Below, one piece after another: positions 1 to 9,408 of a stretch of 64,000 nt of DNA; the first letter of the stretch is position 1, and the number at the start of each line of letters is the position of its first letter. Both the position numbers and the translations under genes were made by a program. This stretch comes from Xanthobacteraceae bacterium. GTDB taxonomy: Bacteria > Pseudomonadota > Alphaproteobacteria > Rhizobiales > Xanthobacteraceae. The notes beneath the pieces are model-generated. The model worked only from the letters and a program-made list of their open reading frames with translations, had not been told where the DNA came from and made no database searches. Location of the stretch: assembly GCA_035263865.1 (NCBI GenBank), contig DATFQX010000214.1, positions 1,631 to 65,630 on the forward strand, in the 5' to 3' direction.

Positions 1-757
1 TCTGCTCAAGGTCGAGAACGCTGCCGTGCGTCAATTGCAAATTGAGAAGCTTTCGCGCCTCAAGCGCGAGCGCGATCCGAAGGTGGTCGAGGATGCGTTG
101 TCGGCGTTGACCCGCAACGCTGCTGGCGGGAACGCCAACCTGCTCGCCCTCGCAATCGATGCCGCCCGCGCCAAGGCAACGGTGGGCGAAATCTCATACG
201 CGCTGGAGCGGGTCTTCGGCCGTCATCGCGCGGAGATCAAAGCGATTACTGGCGTCTACAAGCGGGAGGTCGGCGCTATGTCGGAAGCCTTGGAGCGTGT
301 GCAGAAGGTCGTCACCGAGTTTGAGGCCAATGAGGGTCGCCGGCCGCGCATCCTGGTCGCCAAGATTGGCCAGGATGGCCATGACCGCGGACAGAAGGTG
401 ATCGCGACCGCTTTCGCCGATCTCGGCTTCGACGTCGATATCGGTCCGCTATTCGCCACGCCGGAGGAGGCCGCGCGCCAGGCCGTAGAAAATGACGTCC
501 ACGTAGTCGGGGTATCATCGCTCGCAGCGGCGCATCTCACGCTCGTGCCGCAACTCAAGGCCGCGCTCGTCAAGGAGGGACGCGACGACATCATGATCGT
601 GGTCGGCGGTGTGGTGCCACCCCAGGACAGTGAGGAGCTCAAACGTGCCGGCGCCGAGGCCATCTTTCCGCCGGGCACGGTGATCGCGGAAGCCGCCGTG
701 ACGCTGCTCCGCAAGCTCAACCAGCGTTTGGGACACGGACAGCAAGCCGCCGAGTGA
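1..757 (+). CDS. scpA: methylmalonyl-CoA mutase, C-terminal part with cobalamin-binding domain (5' end outside window)
   Basis: The frame is open from the window edge (LLKVENAAVRQLQIEKL...) to the stop at 757. It has the B12-binding DxHxxG signature (GQDGHDRGQKV) and VVGVSS...IVVGG, and meaB follows. Confidence 0.9.
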   Translation, partial: LLKVENAAVRQLQIEKLSRLKRERDPKVVEDALSALTRNAAGGNANLLALAIDAARAKATVGEISYALERVFGRHRAEIKAITGVYKREVGAMSEALERVQKVVTEFEANEGRRPRILVAKIGQDGHDRGQKVIATAFADLGFDVDIGPLFATPEEAARQAVENDVHVVGVSSLAAAHLTLVPQLKAALVKEGRDDIMIVVGGVVPPQDSEELKRAGAEAIFPPGTVIAEAAVTLLRKLNQRLGHGQQAAE

Positions 758-826
758 TTAGACTCGTCCATGCGATGGCCGCCCTATTTGCGGCCAACGC
801 GCGGTCCCGCCGTCTGAAACACATTG

Positions 827-1825
827 ATGTCTTTACGTCGGCAGCCCACCATTCCTGATCTTGCGGATCTCGCGCGCGGCGTTCGTGCGCGCGAGCGCGC
901 GGTTATCGCCCGCGCGATCACCCTCATGGAGAGCCGCCGCTATGATCATCAAAAGGCCGCTCGGCACCTGGTGCAAGAGCTTCTGCCCTCGACCGGCAAG
1001 GCGATCCGCGTCGGCATCACCGGCGCACCGGGCGTGGGCAAGTCGACCACCATCGATGCCCTGGGCACGTTTCTCACCGACAAGGGCTGCAAGGTCGCGG
1101 TCCTTGCCGTCGACCCCTCCTCCGCGCGCAGCGGCGGCTCGATTCTCGCAGACAAGACCCGGATGCCGCGGCTCAGCAGCGACAGCAACGCCTTCGTGCG
1201 CCCCTCGCCCGCCTCCGGGACCCTGGGCGGCGTCGCCGCAAAGACGCGGGAATCGATGCTGATCTGCGAGGCAGCGGGCTACGATGTGGTGCTGGTCGAG
1301 ACCATCGGCACGGGCCAGTCAGAGACCATGGTCGCCGATATGACCGACTTTTTCCTGGTACTGATGTTGCCCGGCGCTGGGGACGAGCTACAAGGCCTCA
1401 AAAAAGGCGTGGTCGAGATCGCGGACATGATTGCCATTAACAAAGCCGACGGCGACAACATCGAGCGCGCCAACGTCGCCGCCGCCGAATACCGCGCCGC
1501 CCTGCATATCCTCAAGCCCCACTCCCCGAATTGGTCGCCGTCCGTCGTGACTTATTCAGCGCTGACCGGTGCCGGGATTGCGGAACTGTGGGATACCGTT
1601 CTCGCGCACCGCGAGCGCATGAGCAAAGCCGGCGAGCTCGAGGCGCGGCGACGCGAGCAGCAGGTAAAATGGATGTGGGCGATGCTCGAACAGCGCGTGT
1701 TCGCACGACTGAAATCCGACCCGACCCTCAAAGCCAAGCTTCCGCGCATCGAGGCTGCCGTCGCGGCTGGGCGGATGTCGCCCGCCGTAGCCGTAGACGA
1801 GATCGCCGTCGTGCTCGGCGTTTAG
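827..1825 (+). CDS. meaB: methylmalonyl-CoA mutase-associated GTPase MeaB (ArgK family)
   Basis: P-loop GITGAPGVGKST and the NKAD G4 motif. The position directly after the mutase is the classic arrangement. The ATG at 827 is one codon after the TTG at 824. Confidence 0.9.
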   Translation: MSLRRQPTIPDLADLARGVRARERAVIARAITLMESRRYDHQKAARHLVQELLPSTGKAIRVGITGAPGVGKSTTIDALGTFLTDKGCKVAVLAVDPSSARSGGSILADKTRMPRLSSDSNAFVRPSPASGTLGGVAAKTRESMLICEAAGYDVVLVETIGTGQSETMVADMTDFFLVLMLPGAGDELQGLKKGVVEIADMIAINKADGDNIERANVAAAEYRAALHILKPHSPNWSPSVVTYSALTGAGIAELWDTVLAHRERMSKAGELEARRREQQVKWMWAMLEQRVFARLKSDPTLKAKLPRIEAAVAAGRMSPAVAVDEIAVVLGV

Positions 1826-1923
1826 CGAAACGGCCGCCATTCACGCAAAGCGGCGCGGCGAAGTATCGTCCGGTCGCGGGGGTCCCCTCTCGCGCGGAAA
1901 GCCACTTGTCCAGCACAGGATGA

Positions 1924-2547
1924 ATGACGGCCACGATCCTCATCACCGGCTTCGGTCCCTTTCCCGGCGCCCCATTCAATCCCAGCGAGCCGCTGGCACT
2001 CGAGCTGGCGCGGCGGCGGCACCCTGCCTTCGGCAGCGTGCGGCGCGTCGCGCACGTCTTCCGCGTGACCTATGAGGCGATCGACCATGAGCTGCCGGAG
2101 TTGATCGCGCGCGAAAAACCAGTGGCGCTCGTCATGTTCGGGCTTGCAACACGTACCAAGTATGTGCGGATCGAAACGCGTGCGCGCAATGTGCTCACGC
2201 GCGTTGTGCCCGACGCCGACGGGCAAATCCCCATGGCCAGCGCCATCGCCCGAGCAGCGCCCACGACCCTGTCGTTACGAGCGCCCGCGCAGCGGCTGCT
2301 GATGGCCGCACTGGCGACCGGCATGCCGGCCGTGCTCTCTCATGATGCCGGCCAATATCTTTGCAACTATCTGTGCTGGCGGGCCGCCGAAGCCACCCGT
2401 GCGGGCGCGCTGCGGCTGGCCGCATTCATCCATGTTCCGGGGGTGCGCCGCCTGGGCGTCCACCAACGCGGCTTGCCATTGACCCTCGATGATCTCACGC
2501 GGGCCGGTGAGGCCATCGTGCGGGCCGCGCTCGCCAGCGCGCGCTGA
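1924..2547 (+). CDS. pyroglutamyl-peptidase I (peptidase C15) family protein
   Basis: 207-aa ORF with N-terminal ILITGFGPF, Cys context QYLCNYL and His context FIHVP, all typical of C15 peptidases. Confidence 0.8.
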   Translation: MTATILITGFGPFPGAPFNPSEPLALELARRRHPAFGSVRRVAHVFRVTYEAIDHELPELIAREKPVALVMFGLATRTKYVRIETRARNVLTRVVPDADGQIPMASAIARAAPTTLSLRAPAQRLLMAALATGMPAVLSHDAGQYLCNYLCWRAAEATRAGALRLAAFIHVPGVRRLGVHQRGLPLTLDDLTRAGEAIVRAALASAR

Positions 2548-2660
2548 TCTGTGGGGGTTTGTTGCGCGATTTTCATGTGCCGCCGTGACGCATTGCCGTT
2601 GCACGTGGGAGGTGGCACACGCCATATTTTGGACCGCAAACCTGGTTCTCGTTCCAATCC

Positions 2661-3437
2661 ATGCGCCAAGTCATTCGAAAAGTGCTGCTCGGAATCTTTG
2701 TCCTTTTCCTGCTTCCCCTCGCAGTCCACGCGGCGCTCTATGCCGGCAAGGACCGCCCCGCAAGCTTCCGCGACGCCGATTGGTCAAGCGTCGGGATGCT
2801 GCGGCCGCCGGACAGTGAGCGCGAGGCGAGGTTCCTCGTTTTCACTAGCCGTACCGGCCGCTGGAAAGGCATTTTCGCCGTGCACAGCTGGATCGCATTC
2901 AAGCCCGAGAACGCCACCAGCTGGAGCCGCTACGACGTGGTCGGATGGGGCCAGCCGGTGCGCACCAATGGCTGGGCGGCGGACGGACGTTGGTTCGGCG
3001 ATACGCCACGCGTTCTGGTAGATGTGCGGGGATCTGCCGCAACGGCGATTATTCCAAGGGTCAAAGCGGCGATTGCGGCCTATAGCTACAGTCATTTCGG
3101 CGACTACCGCATCTGGCCGGGACCGAACAGCAACACCTTCACCGCCACTGTGTTGCGGGCCGTGCCGGAACTCGAGACGACCCTGCCATCGAACGCCGTG
3201 GGCAAGGATTTCCGCGCTTATCCTTACGTGGGGCTCACCGATAGCGGCACAGGTGTTGAAGCTTCACTGTGGGGTGTTCTTGGCGTGAAGTTCGGTTGGG
3301 TTGAGGGGGTCGAGTTGAACTTTCTCGGCCTGGTCGCAGGTTTTGATCTGCGCCATCCCGGCGTGAAGCTTCCGGGTTTCGGCCGCATCGGCGTGGATGA
3401 CGGGACGGCGATTGCCGCGCCTGCGAGGGCGAAATGA
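2661..3437 (+). CDS. DUF3750 domain-containing protein (N-terminal membrane anchor)
   Basis: 258-aa ORF with a hydrophobic N-terminus. It shows the conserved run HSWIAFKPENA...YDVVGWG...YRIWPGPNSNTFTA that I recall for DUF3750. Confidence 0.7.
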   Translation: MRQVIRKVLLGIFVLFLLPLAVHAALYAGKDRPASFRDADWSSVGMLRPPDSEREARFLVFTSRTGRWKGIFAVHSWIAFKPENATSWSRYDVVGWGQPVRTNGWAADGRWFGDTPRVLVDVRGSAATAIIPRVKAAIAAYSYSHFGDYRIWPGPNSNTFTATVLRAVPELETTLPSNAVGKDFRAYPYVGLTDSGTGVEASLWGVLGVKFGWVEGVELNFLGLVAGFDLRHPGVKLPGFGRIGVDDGTAIAAPARAK

Positions 3438-3609
3438 CGTGCGCGCCTCCAGGCAACGGCGCGCATAATTCCGCACGGTGACTCATCCTGGCAGCAGCCA
3501 GCTCCGCTCGACATCTCTCACGCGCTTTTGTCCGGGAGCGGCCCCGTGCTATCTGTCCGGAGTGTCGCGGTGGAGCAGAAGCGCCGTTTAGACGCGGCGC
3601 CATGTCACT

Positions 3610-4293
3610 ATGGCAAGACTCACGATTATCATGCCGGTGCTCAACGAAAGCGAACGGATCGTTGCAGCGCTCGAAGCGGTTGCCGACCTGCGGGCGCGCG
3701 GCACCGAAGTGATCGTCGTCGACGGCGGCAGTCGTGACGCCACCGTCCAGCTGGCACGACTCGGCGCGGACCATGTCTTGTCCGCGCCCCAGGGGCGAGC
3801 GTTGCAAATGAATGCCGGCGCAGAGAGGGCCTCCGGCGACGTACTTCTGTTTCTTCACGCCGATACGCGGCTTCCGGCCGGTGCCGACCGAATTGTATTG
3901 AATGGCCTCAAACGGTCCGGACGTGCGTGGGGCCGCTTCGACGTCAAGATCGACAGCCGTTTACGACTGTTGTCCTTCGTTGGCTTGCTGATGAACCTGC
4001 GCTCGCGCCTCTCCGGCATCGCAACCGGCGATCAGGCGATCTTCGTGTGCCGCGCGGCGTTCCAGACGGTCGGCGGCTTTCCCGCTATTGGCTTGATGGA
4101 AGACATCGCGCTGTCCAAGCAGCTCAAGACTGTGAGTAGACCGCTGTGCCTGGGCGAATCGGTCATCACCTCCGGCCGGCGGTGGGAGAAGAGCGGCATA
4201 CTCAACACGATCGCCCTAATGTGGCGGCTGCGGCTCGCCTATTTTTTCGGTGCCGATCCGAACAAGCTCGCGCAGCACTACCGTTATGAATGA
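3610..4293 (+). CDS. family 2 glycosyltransferase, TIGR04283-like (arsenosugar/rSAM-selenodomain-associated type)
   Basis: GT2 N-terminus IIMPVLNES...VIVVDGGSRD, then GIATGDQAIF...LMEDIALS...SGRRWEK. It is translationally coupled to the next ORF through an ATGAATGA overlap. Confidence 0.75.
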   Translation: MARLTIIMPVLNESERIVAALEAVADLRARGTEVIVVDGGSRDATVQLARLGADHVLSAPQGRALQMNAGAERASGDVLLFLHADTRLPAGADRIVLNGLKRSGRAWGRFDVKIDSRLRLLSFVGLLMNLRSRLSGIATGDQAIFVCRAAFQTVGGFPAIGLMEDIALSKQLKTVSRPLCLGESVITSGRRWEKSGILNTIALMWRLRLAYFFGADPNKLAQHYRYE

Positions 4294-4912
4294 GCCGGTC
4301 GCGGTAGCGGTTCTCGCGAAAGCGCCGCTACCTGGTTTCGCAAAAACTCGGCTCATTCCCGTCTTGGGCGCCGAGGGTGCCGCCTTGTTGCAGGCGCGCC
4401 TGGTGGAGCGCACCGTTGCAACGGCCTGTGCTGCTCGCCTTGGCCCGGTGACCTTGTGGGCGGCCCCTGACGAGAACCACCCGCTGTTTCAGGCGATCGG
4501 GGCGCGCTTTGGGATCGCACTTGCCCGCCAGGACAACGGCGACCTCGGCGCACGGATGCTGACTGCGATGGCGGCCGCAAATGTGCCGACACTCGTCATT
4601 GGCACGGATTGCCCAGTCCTTACGTCCGACCATTTGCGCCAGGCGGCGGGCGTTCTAGGCGTCGGATCCGATGCAGTCATCATTCCAGCGGAGGACGGCG
4701 GCTACGTCCTGATCGGGATGCGGATGCCCACCCGGGCCGTTTTTTCGGACATGCGCTGGGGCGCCCCGAGCATAATGGACGAGACGCGACGTCGTTTCAA
4801 AGAGCTCGGACTGACCTGGCGAGAGCCGGTCGCGCTTTGGGACTTGGACGTGCCCGAGGACCTCGCCCGATTGCGGGGCACTGACCTGGTCCATCTGATT
4901 CCATCGCGATAG
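4286..4912 (+). CDS. DUF2064 / TIGR04282-like nucleotidyl- or glycosyl-transferase
   Basis: The ATG at 4286 (MNEPVAVAVLAKAPLPGFAKTRL) overlaps the upstream stop by 8 nt. Motifs IGTDCP and PAEDGGYVLIG are typical of DUF2064. Confidence 0.75.
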   Translation: MNEPVAVAVLAKAPLPGFAKTRLIPVLGAEGAALLQARLVERTVATACAARLGPVTLWAAPDENHPLFQAIGARFGIALARQDNGDLGARMLTAMAAANVPTLVIGTDCPVLTSDHLRQAAGVLGVGSDAVIIPAEDGGYVLIGMRMPTRAVFSDMRWGAPSIMDETRRRFKELGLTWREPVALWDLDVPEDLARLRGTDLVHLIPSR

Positions 4913-4936
4913 CCGCACGCACCGGCGCGATCATAG

Positions 4937-5782
4937 TCAATAGAGCCGGATCAATGTCAGCCCAGCAACGATCATCAATGCCGCGGCAACACGGCCGGCG
5001 CGGAGTGGCTCCTTGAGAAAGAGGATGGCGATCAGTGCGCCGAAGAGAACACTTGTTTCGCGCAGCGCAGCCACGATCGCGATCGGAGCCACTGTCATCG
5101 CCCAAATCGCGATACCGTAAGAGCCGAGCTGCAGCGTGCCGCCAGCGAGCCCAAGGCGCCACTGACGTCGCATCGCGGCAATCACCTCAGGTCCGCGTCG
5201 AGCGAGCGCGTAGATCACCATGACGGGGCCGATCCCCATGAAAAGCGTGACCGAGTAGGCGTTAGCGCCCGCTGCGCGCCGTGCGCCCACGCCATCCACC
5301 ACCGAATAGGCGCAAATCGTAAGCGCGGTAAACAATGCAAACCCGACTGCCTTCCAATCGAGCCGGGTGAGGTCGCGACCGCCCCGCAGTGACAGCAACA
5401 TGACTCCCGCGACCAGCAGAATGATGCCGCTCCAGCCAGCAAGGCCGAGCCGCTCACCAACGAACGCGGTGGTTACGATCGCGGTCATCAGCGGCGCCGA
5501 CCCGCGGGCGATCGGATAGACCTGCCCCATGTCGCCGGCACGGTAGCTTTCGATTAGTGCGGCAAAGTACACGAGGTGGATCAGTACCGACGCGCCGCAC
5601 CACGGCCATGCGGCGCCAGCGGGAAACCCAACCGCCGGCAAGAATGCAGCCGCAACGATCGCCGCACCGATTGAAATCAAGACCGTGGTCGCCAGCGGAT
5701 CGAGCCCGGCCTTGATTGTTGCGTTCCAACCGGCATGGCAGGCGGCGGCAAGCAGCACGGCGGTAAAGACGACTGGGTCCAT
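4937..5782 (-). CDS. EamA/DMT family transporter
   Basis: About 10 predicted TM helices in two EamA-like halves. I place the start at the ATG at 5782 (MDPVVFTAVLL), because the longer 318-aa ORF would run into the upstream gene. Confidence 0.8.
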   Translation of the reverse strand: MDPVVFTAVLLAAACHAGWNATIKAGLDPLATTVLISIGAAIVAAAFLPAVGFPAGAAWPWCGASVLIHLVYFAALIESYRAGDMGQVYPIARGSAPLMTAIVTTAFVGERLGLAGWSGIILLVAGVMLLSLRGGRDLTRLDWKAVGFALFTALTICAYSVVDGVGARRAAGANAYSVTLFMGIGPVMVIYALARRGPEVIAAMRRQWRLGLAGGTLQLGSYGIAIWAMTVAPIAIVAALRETSVLFGALIAILFLKEPLRAGRVAAALMIVAGLTLIRLY

Positions 5783-5807
5783 GGCGGGGAATTTCGAGCC
5801 GCGTGCA

Positions 5808-6908
5808 TCAATCCCGGAACGCTGCCCCCGCCCACACCTTCGGCGCAGCGCGCTGGTATTGCTTGGGGCGGGCGACCTCCGCGCCGAGCACATGCGCGGC
5901 GCGCCAGCCCCAATGGGGATCGTCGACCATAGCCCGCGCCAGGGCCACCATATCGGCCTTACCCTCGGCGATGATCGCCTCGGCCTGCTTCGGCGCGGCG
6001 ATCAGCCCGACCGTGCGCGTCACGATGCCGGCCTCGCGCTTTACCTTCTCGGCGAACTGGACATTGGTATTAGCAACCAGGATCGGGCGCGCGTCGGCGC
6101 TGATCCCGCCCGAGGAGATGCAGACGAAGTCAACCCCCACCGCCTTCAGCGCCCGAGCAAAAGCGGCTGCATCGTCTGGAGTGAGCCCGCCCTCGACCCA
6201 ATCATTGCCGGTGATGCGCGCTCCGAGCGGCATGCTGCGGGGCATCGCACCACGCACTGCCCGCGCGATTTCGAGGGGATAGCGCATCCGCGCTGGCAGT
6301 GAGCCTCCATAACCATCGCTGCGCTTGTTGGAGATCGGGGAGAGGAAACTGTGGATGAGGTAGCCGTGCGCTCCATGTAACTCGATGGCATCGAAACCGA
6401 TGCGGATCGCGCGCTTTGCCGCATCGACAAAGCCATCGCGCACACGCTCCATGTCCTCACTCGTCATCTCGCGCGGCAGCGGCCAATCGGCTCCGAACGG
6501 GATCGCCGACGGGGCGATGATCTGCCAAGCATCCTCAGCCGGCGCGAGCGGCTGTCCCCCCTCCCATGGCCGCCGCGCAGAGGCCTTTCGCCCGGCATGA
6601 GCGAGCTGGATGCCGAGCTTGGCGGTGCCGTAGCGCCGGCAGTGGGCGATGACGCGGGCAAGCGCAGCTTCGCAGTCGTCAGAGTAAAGTCCGAGGCAGC
6701 CGTGGCTGATGCGCCCACGGCGCTCGATGCCCGTGGCCTCGACTACGAGCAGCGCCGCCCCGGAATTGGCGAGCATACCGAGGTGGTTGAGGTGCCAGTC
6801 GGACGCCGCCCCGTCATCGGCGCTGTACTGGCACATCGGCGAAACAACGATGCGGTTGGCGAGTTCGAGATCAGCGAGGCGTACAGGAGAAAACAGAGCG
6901 CTGGTCAT
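5808..6908 (-). CDS. NADH:flavin oxidoreductase (Old Yellow Enzyme family)
   Basis: Motifs NRIVVSPMCQYSA and ELHGAHGYLIHSFLSP in a 366-aa TIM-barrel flavoenzyme pattern. Confidence 0.9.
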   Translation of the reverse strand: MTSALFSPVRLADLELANRIVVSPMCQYSADDGAASDWHLNHLGMLANSGAALLVVEATGIERRGRISHGCLGLYSDDCEAALARVIAHCRRYGTAKLGIQLAHAGRKASARRPWEGGQPLAPAEDAWQIIAPSAIPFGADWPLPREMTSEDMERVRDGFVDAAKRAIRIGFDAIELHGAHGYLIHSFLSPISNKRSDGYGGSLPARMRYPLEIARAVRGAMPRSMPLGARITGNDWVEGGLTPDDAAAFARALKAVGVDFVCISSGGISADARPILVANTNVQFAEKVKREAGIVTRTVGLIAAPKQAEAIIAEGKADMVALARAMVDDPHWGWRAAHVLGAEVARPKQYQRAAPKVWAGAAFRD

Positions 6909-7039
6909 GTTAGACGCGTCGATTGAAAACCCAGGACAAAGCGAAGTGCACCATAAGGAATGACGCAGCGTCCCGGAAGCATTTGCGGTGCTGTTGTGAC
7001 GTCCGAGCGGGCTGAATAGGGACTGAAGGAGGGAGTACT

Positions 7040-7303
7040 TTAGGCCGCTGTGCGGGCCTTGTCCGTCGACACGGAAGGCTCGTCCGCCTCCATTTCATCG
7101 GCGGGCGGCGGAGCAATCCCGGCCCATCTGTCGCTCAAGCGAATCGCCTCGCGTAGCCGATAGAGGAACTGTGTCTTGCTGTAGTAATGCTTCCAGCGCC
7201 CGCTCTCATAAAGCTCGAGAAAGTGCGCACGGCGACGCTCGGCAAGCGCGCGCCATTTCTGGGCGACCGCCTGGAATGCATGTGCGGGTAGCCGCGCCGA
7301 CAT
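7040..7303 (-). CDS. TIGR03809-like small conserved protein
   Basis: Only the last 87 codons of the 249-aa ORF look coding (WRALAERRRAHFLELYESGRWKHYY...), starting at the ATG at 7303. The upstream part is low-complexity shadow. Confidence 0.55.
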   Translation of the reverse strand: MSARLPAHAFQAVAQKWRALAERRRAHFLELYESGRWKHYYSKTQFLYRLREAIRLSDRWAGIAPPPADEMEADEPSVSTDKARTAA

Positions 7304-7485
7304 AGAAGGGCCGGGTCGCACCCTCGTGCTGACATCGAACCGTCTGAAACACGCATAAGCAACGACAGCCGCCTTACAGCATCGCCAAGTCTGAGGCGCA
7401 CACAAACCGAATCGCTCGCGGCCAAACGGCAGGGCGGAATTGGGCGGGAGACTTCGCTTACCTGCGCCCAAGGACACAACCCAAG

Positions 7486-7528
7486 GGGGAAAAACTGACC
7501 CGCCCGGACGGGGAAATCCGGGCGGGTC
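7486..7528 (-). terminator. Rho-independent terminator (12-bp perfect stem, 8-nt loop, U5 tail)
   Basis: GACCCGCCCGGA (7497-7508) pairs with TCCGGGCGGGTC (7517-7528). On the minus strand the hairpin is followed by AGTTTTTCC. Confidence 0.75.
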
Positions 7529-7640
7529 GCGTTGATCGGCGCAGGGGATCGGGGGGGCGTGAGCGCCGATCGGGGCTGTAATCCAGGCTTTTTCGGCCTG
7601 TTCGCCTATTAGTCTCCGCAACTGGCCGAAAGGTTCAAGT
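7486..7640 (-). ncRNA. candidate small RNA or 3'-UTR-derived RNA (5' end unknown)
   Basis: Minus strand: a 9-bp perfect stem (7534-7542 / 7563-7571) carries a 20-nt C-rich loop and is followed by the 7486-7528 terminator. No plausible ORF is present, and the structure lies about 380 nt downstream of the anti-sigma stop. Confidence 0.3.
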
Positions 7641-7906
7641 CGATTTTTGAGGATCCGAAGGGATTTTTTGGCGCGCCCGATGCCGTAACGCGCCGGGACA
7701 GTGCAGGAAAATACAAGCGATTTCAGGGAATTATGGATTGCAGCTGGAACGATCCTGGGCTGCACCAGTTCTAGAGGCTTAAGCGGCATGCCCGGCCAGT
7801 CGAGACGAACCGCACGCGGGTTGCCTTCCGCCGCCTAACACCCTTTTCGGCCGACTGGCGGACCGACATGGTGCCGCAAGCGCCCAACGCTACCGTCCCC
7901 GGCCGT

Positions 7907-8587
7907 TTACTCCTTTGCAGCGACGAAACCGACCACCTTCGATTCTGACTGCATTTGCCGAACGATTTTGCCGACCTCGTCCTTCGGCAGCTTCGTTTCG
8001 GAAAGCCGAATGCGATAGAGCTGCCCTCCCATGTTCAGCGGTCCCTCGACCAGCGTGGCTTTGTAGGCCCCGAGAAAGTTGCTGATGTCGTTCGCAGTGG
8101 CTTGCGGCGCAAATCGCACGACGGCGAAAGAGCCTTCGCTCGGCGCGCTCGCGAGACCCGGACCGCTCGCAACGCCTTGCTCTTTGACCACGACCGCAGC
8201 AATGACAACCGCTTGCACGAAGATCGCGACAAGGGCGGCAGTTGCCGACCAGACCAGCGTGCGCGGGGTGAGGCTCGATAACAACTCGGAGAGGCGGCCA
8301 CCGAGATCGAATGATCGTTGACGCCGCGGGGCGCGCGCCTCTTCGGCGTCGATAGCGGCGAACAGCTTCTCCATGGCGCGCGCCGACGGCGCACCGAGCG
8401 TCTCGTTGAGGTGAATCGTCTCGGCAAGCTCCTCGCGGACGAGATCATAGCGCCGCGCAAGTTCGCGGTCGCCCGCAAGCGCTTGTTCGACGCGATCAGC
8501 GTCGCGGCGACTGAGCGTCCCTGCGGCGTGCCACGGCAGCAGGGCCTCGATCTCGTGGCGCTCCGGCTCCTTATTGATCGCGTTCAT
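7907..8587 (-). CDS. anti-sigma factor (single-pass membrane)
   Basis: N-terminal LLPWHAAGTLSRRDADRVEQAL anti-sigma domain with a central TM segment (TLVWSATAALVAIFVQAVVIAAVVV). Its ATG overlaps the sigma gene stop as ATGA. Confidence 0.8.
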   Translation of the reverse strand: MNAINKEPERHEIEALLPWHAAGTLSRRDADRVEQALAGDRELARRYDLVREELAETIHLNETLGAPSARAMEKLFAAIDAEEARAPRRQRSFDLGGRLSELLSSLTPRTLVWSATAALVAIFVQAVVIAAVVVKEQGVASGPGLASAPSEGSFAVVRFAPQATANDISNFLGAYKATLVEGPLNMGGQLYRIRLSETKLPKDEVGKIVRQMQSESKVVGFVAAKE

Positions 8588-9144
8588 GGCCAACCTCTTT
8601 CAATTCCTCCGGCCTTGAGCAGCTCTGCGAGCCGCTTGCGCGCGTAGAACATGCGCGTCTTGACAGTGTTCGCCGGGATGCCGACGATCTCGGCTACTTC
8701 TTCGACCGATTTCTCGTGGTAGTACACGAGGTCCACGATCTCCCGATGTTCTGCCGAAAGTCCCATGAGGCACTTTCGGATGCTTGCACTCTTGTCCTTC
8801 TTCTCTAGCGCGGTCGCGGGATCGTCCGATGGATCCTCGATCGCGCCTGCGGTGTCTTCGTCCAACTCCTCGTCAGACCTGCGTCTGAGTGCCGAGATGG
8901 CCTTGAAACGCGCAATGGCCAACATCCATGTCGACACCGTCGATCGACCTTCGAACCGACCAGCCTGACGCCACACGTCCAGAAACACCTCGCTGATTAG
9001 GTCCTCGGCCGTGCCCTCATCACGAACTAGGCGCACGACGAAGCGAAACACGCGCACGTGGTACCGCGCGTACAGCACCTGCATCGCGAGCCGATCGCCG
9101 TTCGCGATCCGTCCGATCAGCACCTCGTCTGATGTCGATTGCAT
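8584..9144 (-). CDS. ECF (sigma-70 family) RNA polymerase sigma factor
   Basis: 186 aa with region 2 (DLISEVFLDVW) and a region 4 HTH (SVEEVAEIVGIPANTVKTRMFYARKRL). Confidence 0.9.
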   Translation of the reverse strand: MQSTSDEVLIGRIANGDRLAMQVLYARYHVRVFRFVVRLVRDEGTAEDLISEVFLDVWRQAGRFEGRSTVSTWMLAIARFKAISALRRRSDEELDEDTAGAIEDPSDDPATALEKKDKSASIRKCLMGLSAEHREIVDLVYYHEKSVEEVAEIVGIPANTVKTRMFYARKRLAELLKAGGIERGWP

Positions 9145-9173
9145 CGCTCTCGGGCGGTCGGACTCGTGACTTT

Positions 9174-9199
9174 AGTCGCAAGCGGCTACCGTTGGGTTC
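9174..9199 (-). promoter_or_regulatory. possible autoregulated ECF-type promoter (GAACC-N16-CGACT)
   Basis: Minus strand reads GAACC (9199-9195), 16 nt, then CGACT (9178-9174), about 30 nt upstream of the sigma ATG. This is a motif match only. Confidence 0.25.
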
Positions 9200-9408
9200 A
9201 CGCTTCCGCCACAGAGATGGCAAGTGATCGACCCCCTATCTCGTGCCCCAGGGATGTGCATGTTTGCCGTCTATGCGGCTAAGATTATGGCCGACTGGAA
9301 CTCGCGCCAATTTAAAATTATCAAATAAATTTAAGTACTTAGACTCCAGCCTGGGCGCCGCACAGGCAGAGGCGGTCCGACCTTTTTGCCTGTTTAGCGA
9401 GGGTTAAC

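Noticed and set aside
7304-7789. The upstream 162 codons of the 249-aa ORF 7040..7789.
   Set aside because: The sequence is not protein-like, it contains the 7486-7528 terminator hairpin, and the recognisable family match begins at the ATG at 7303.
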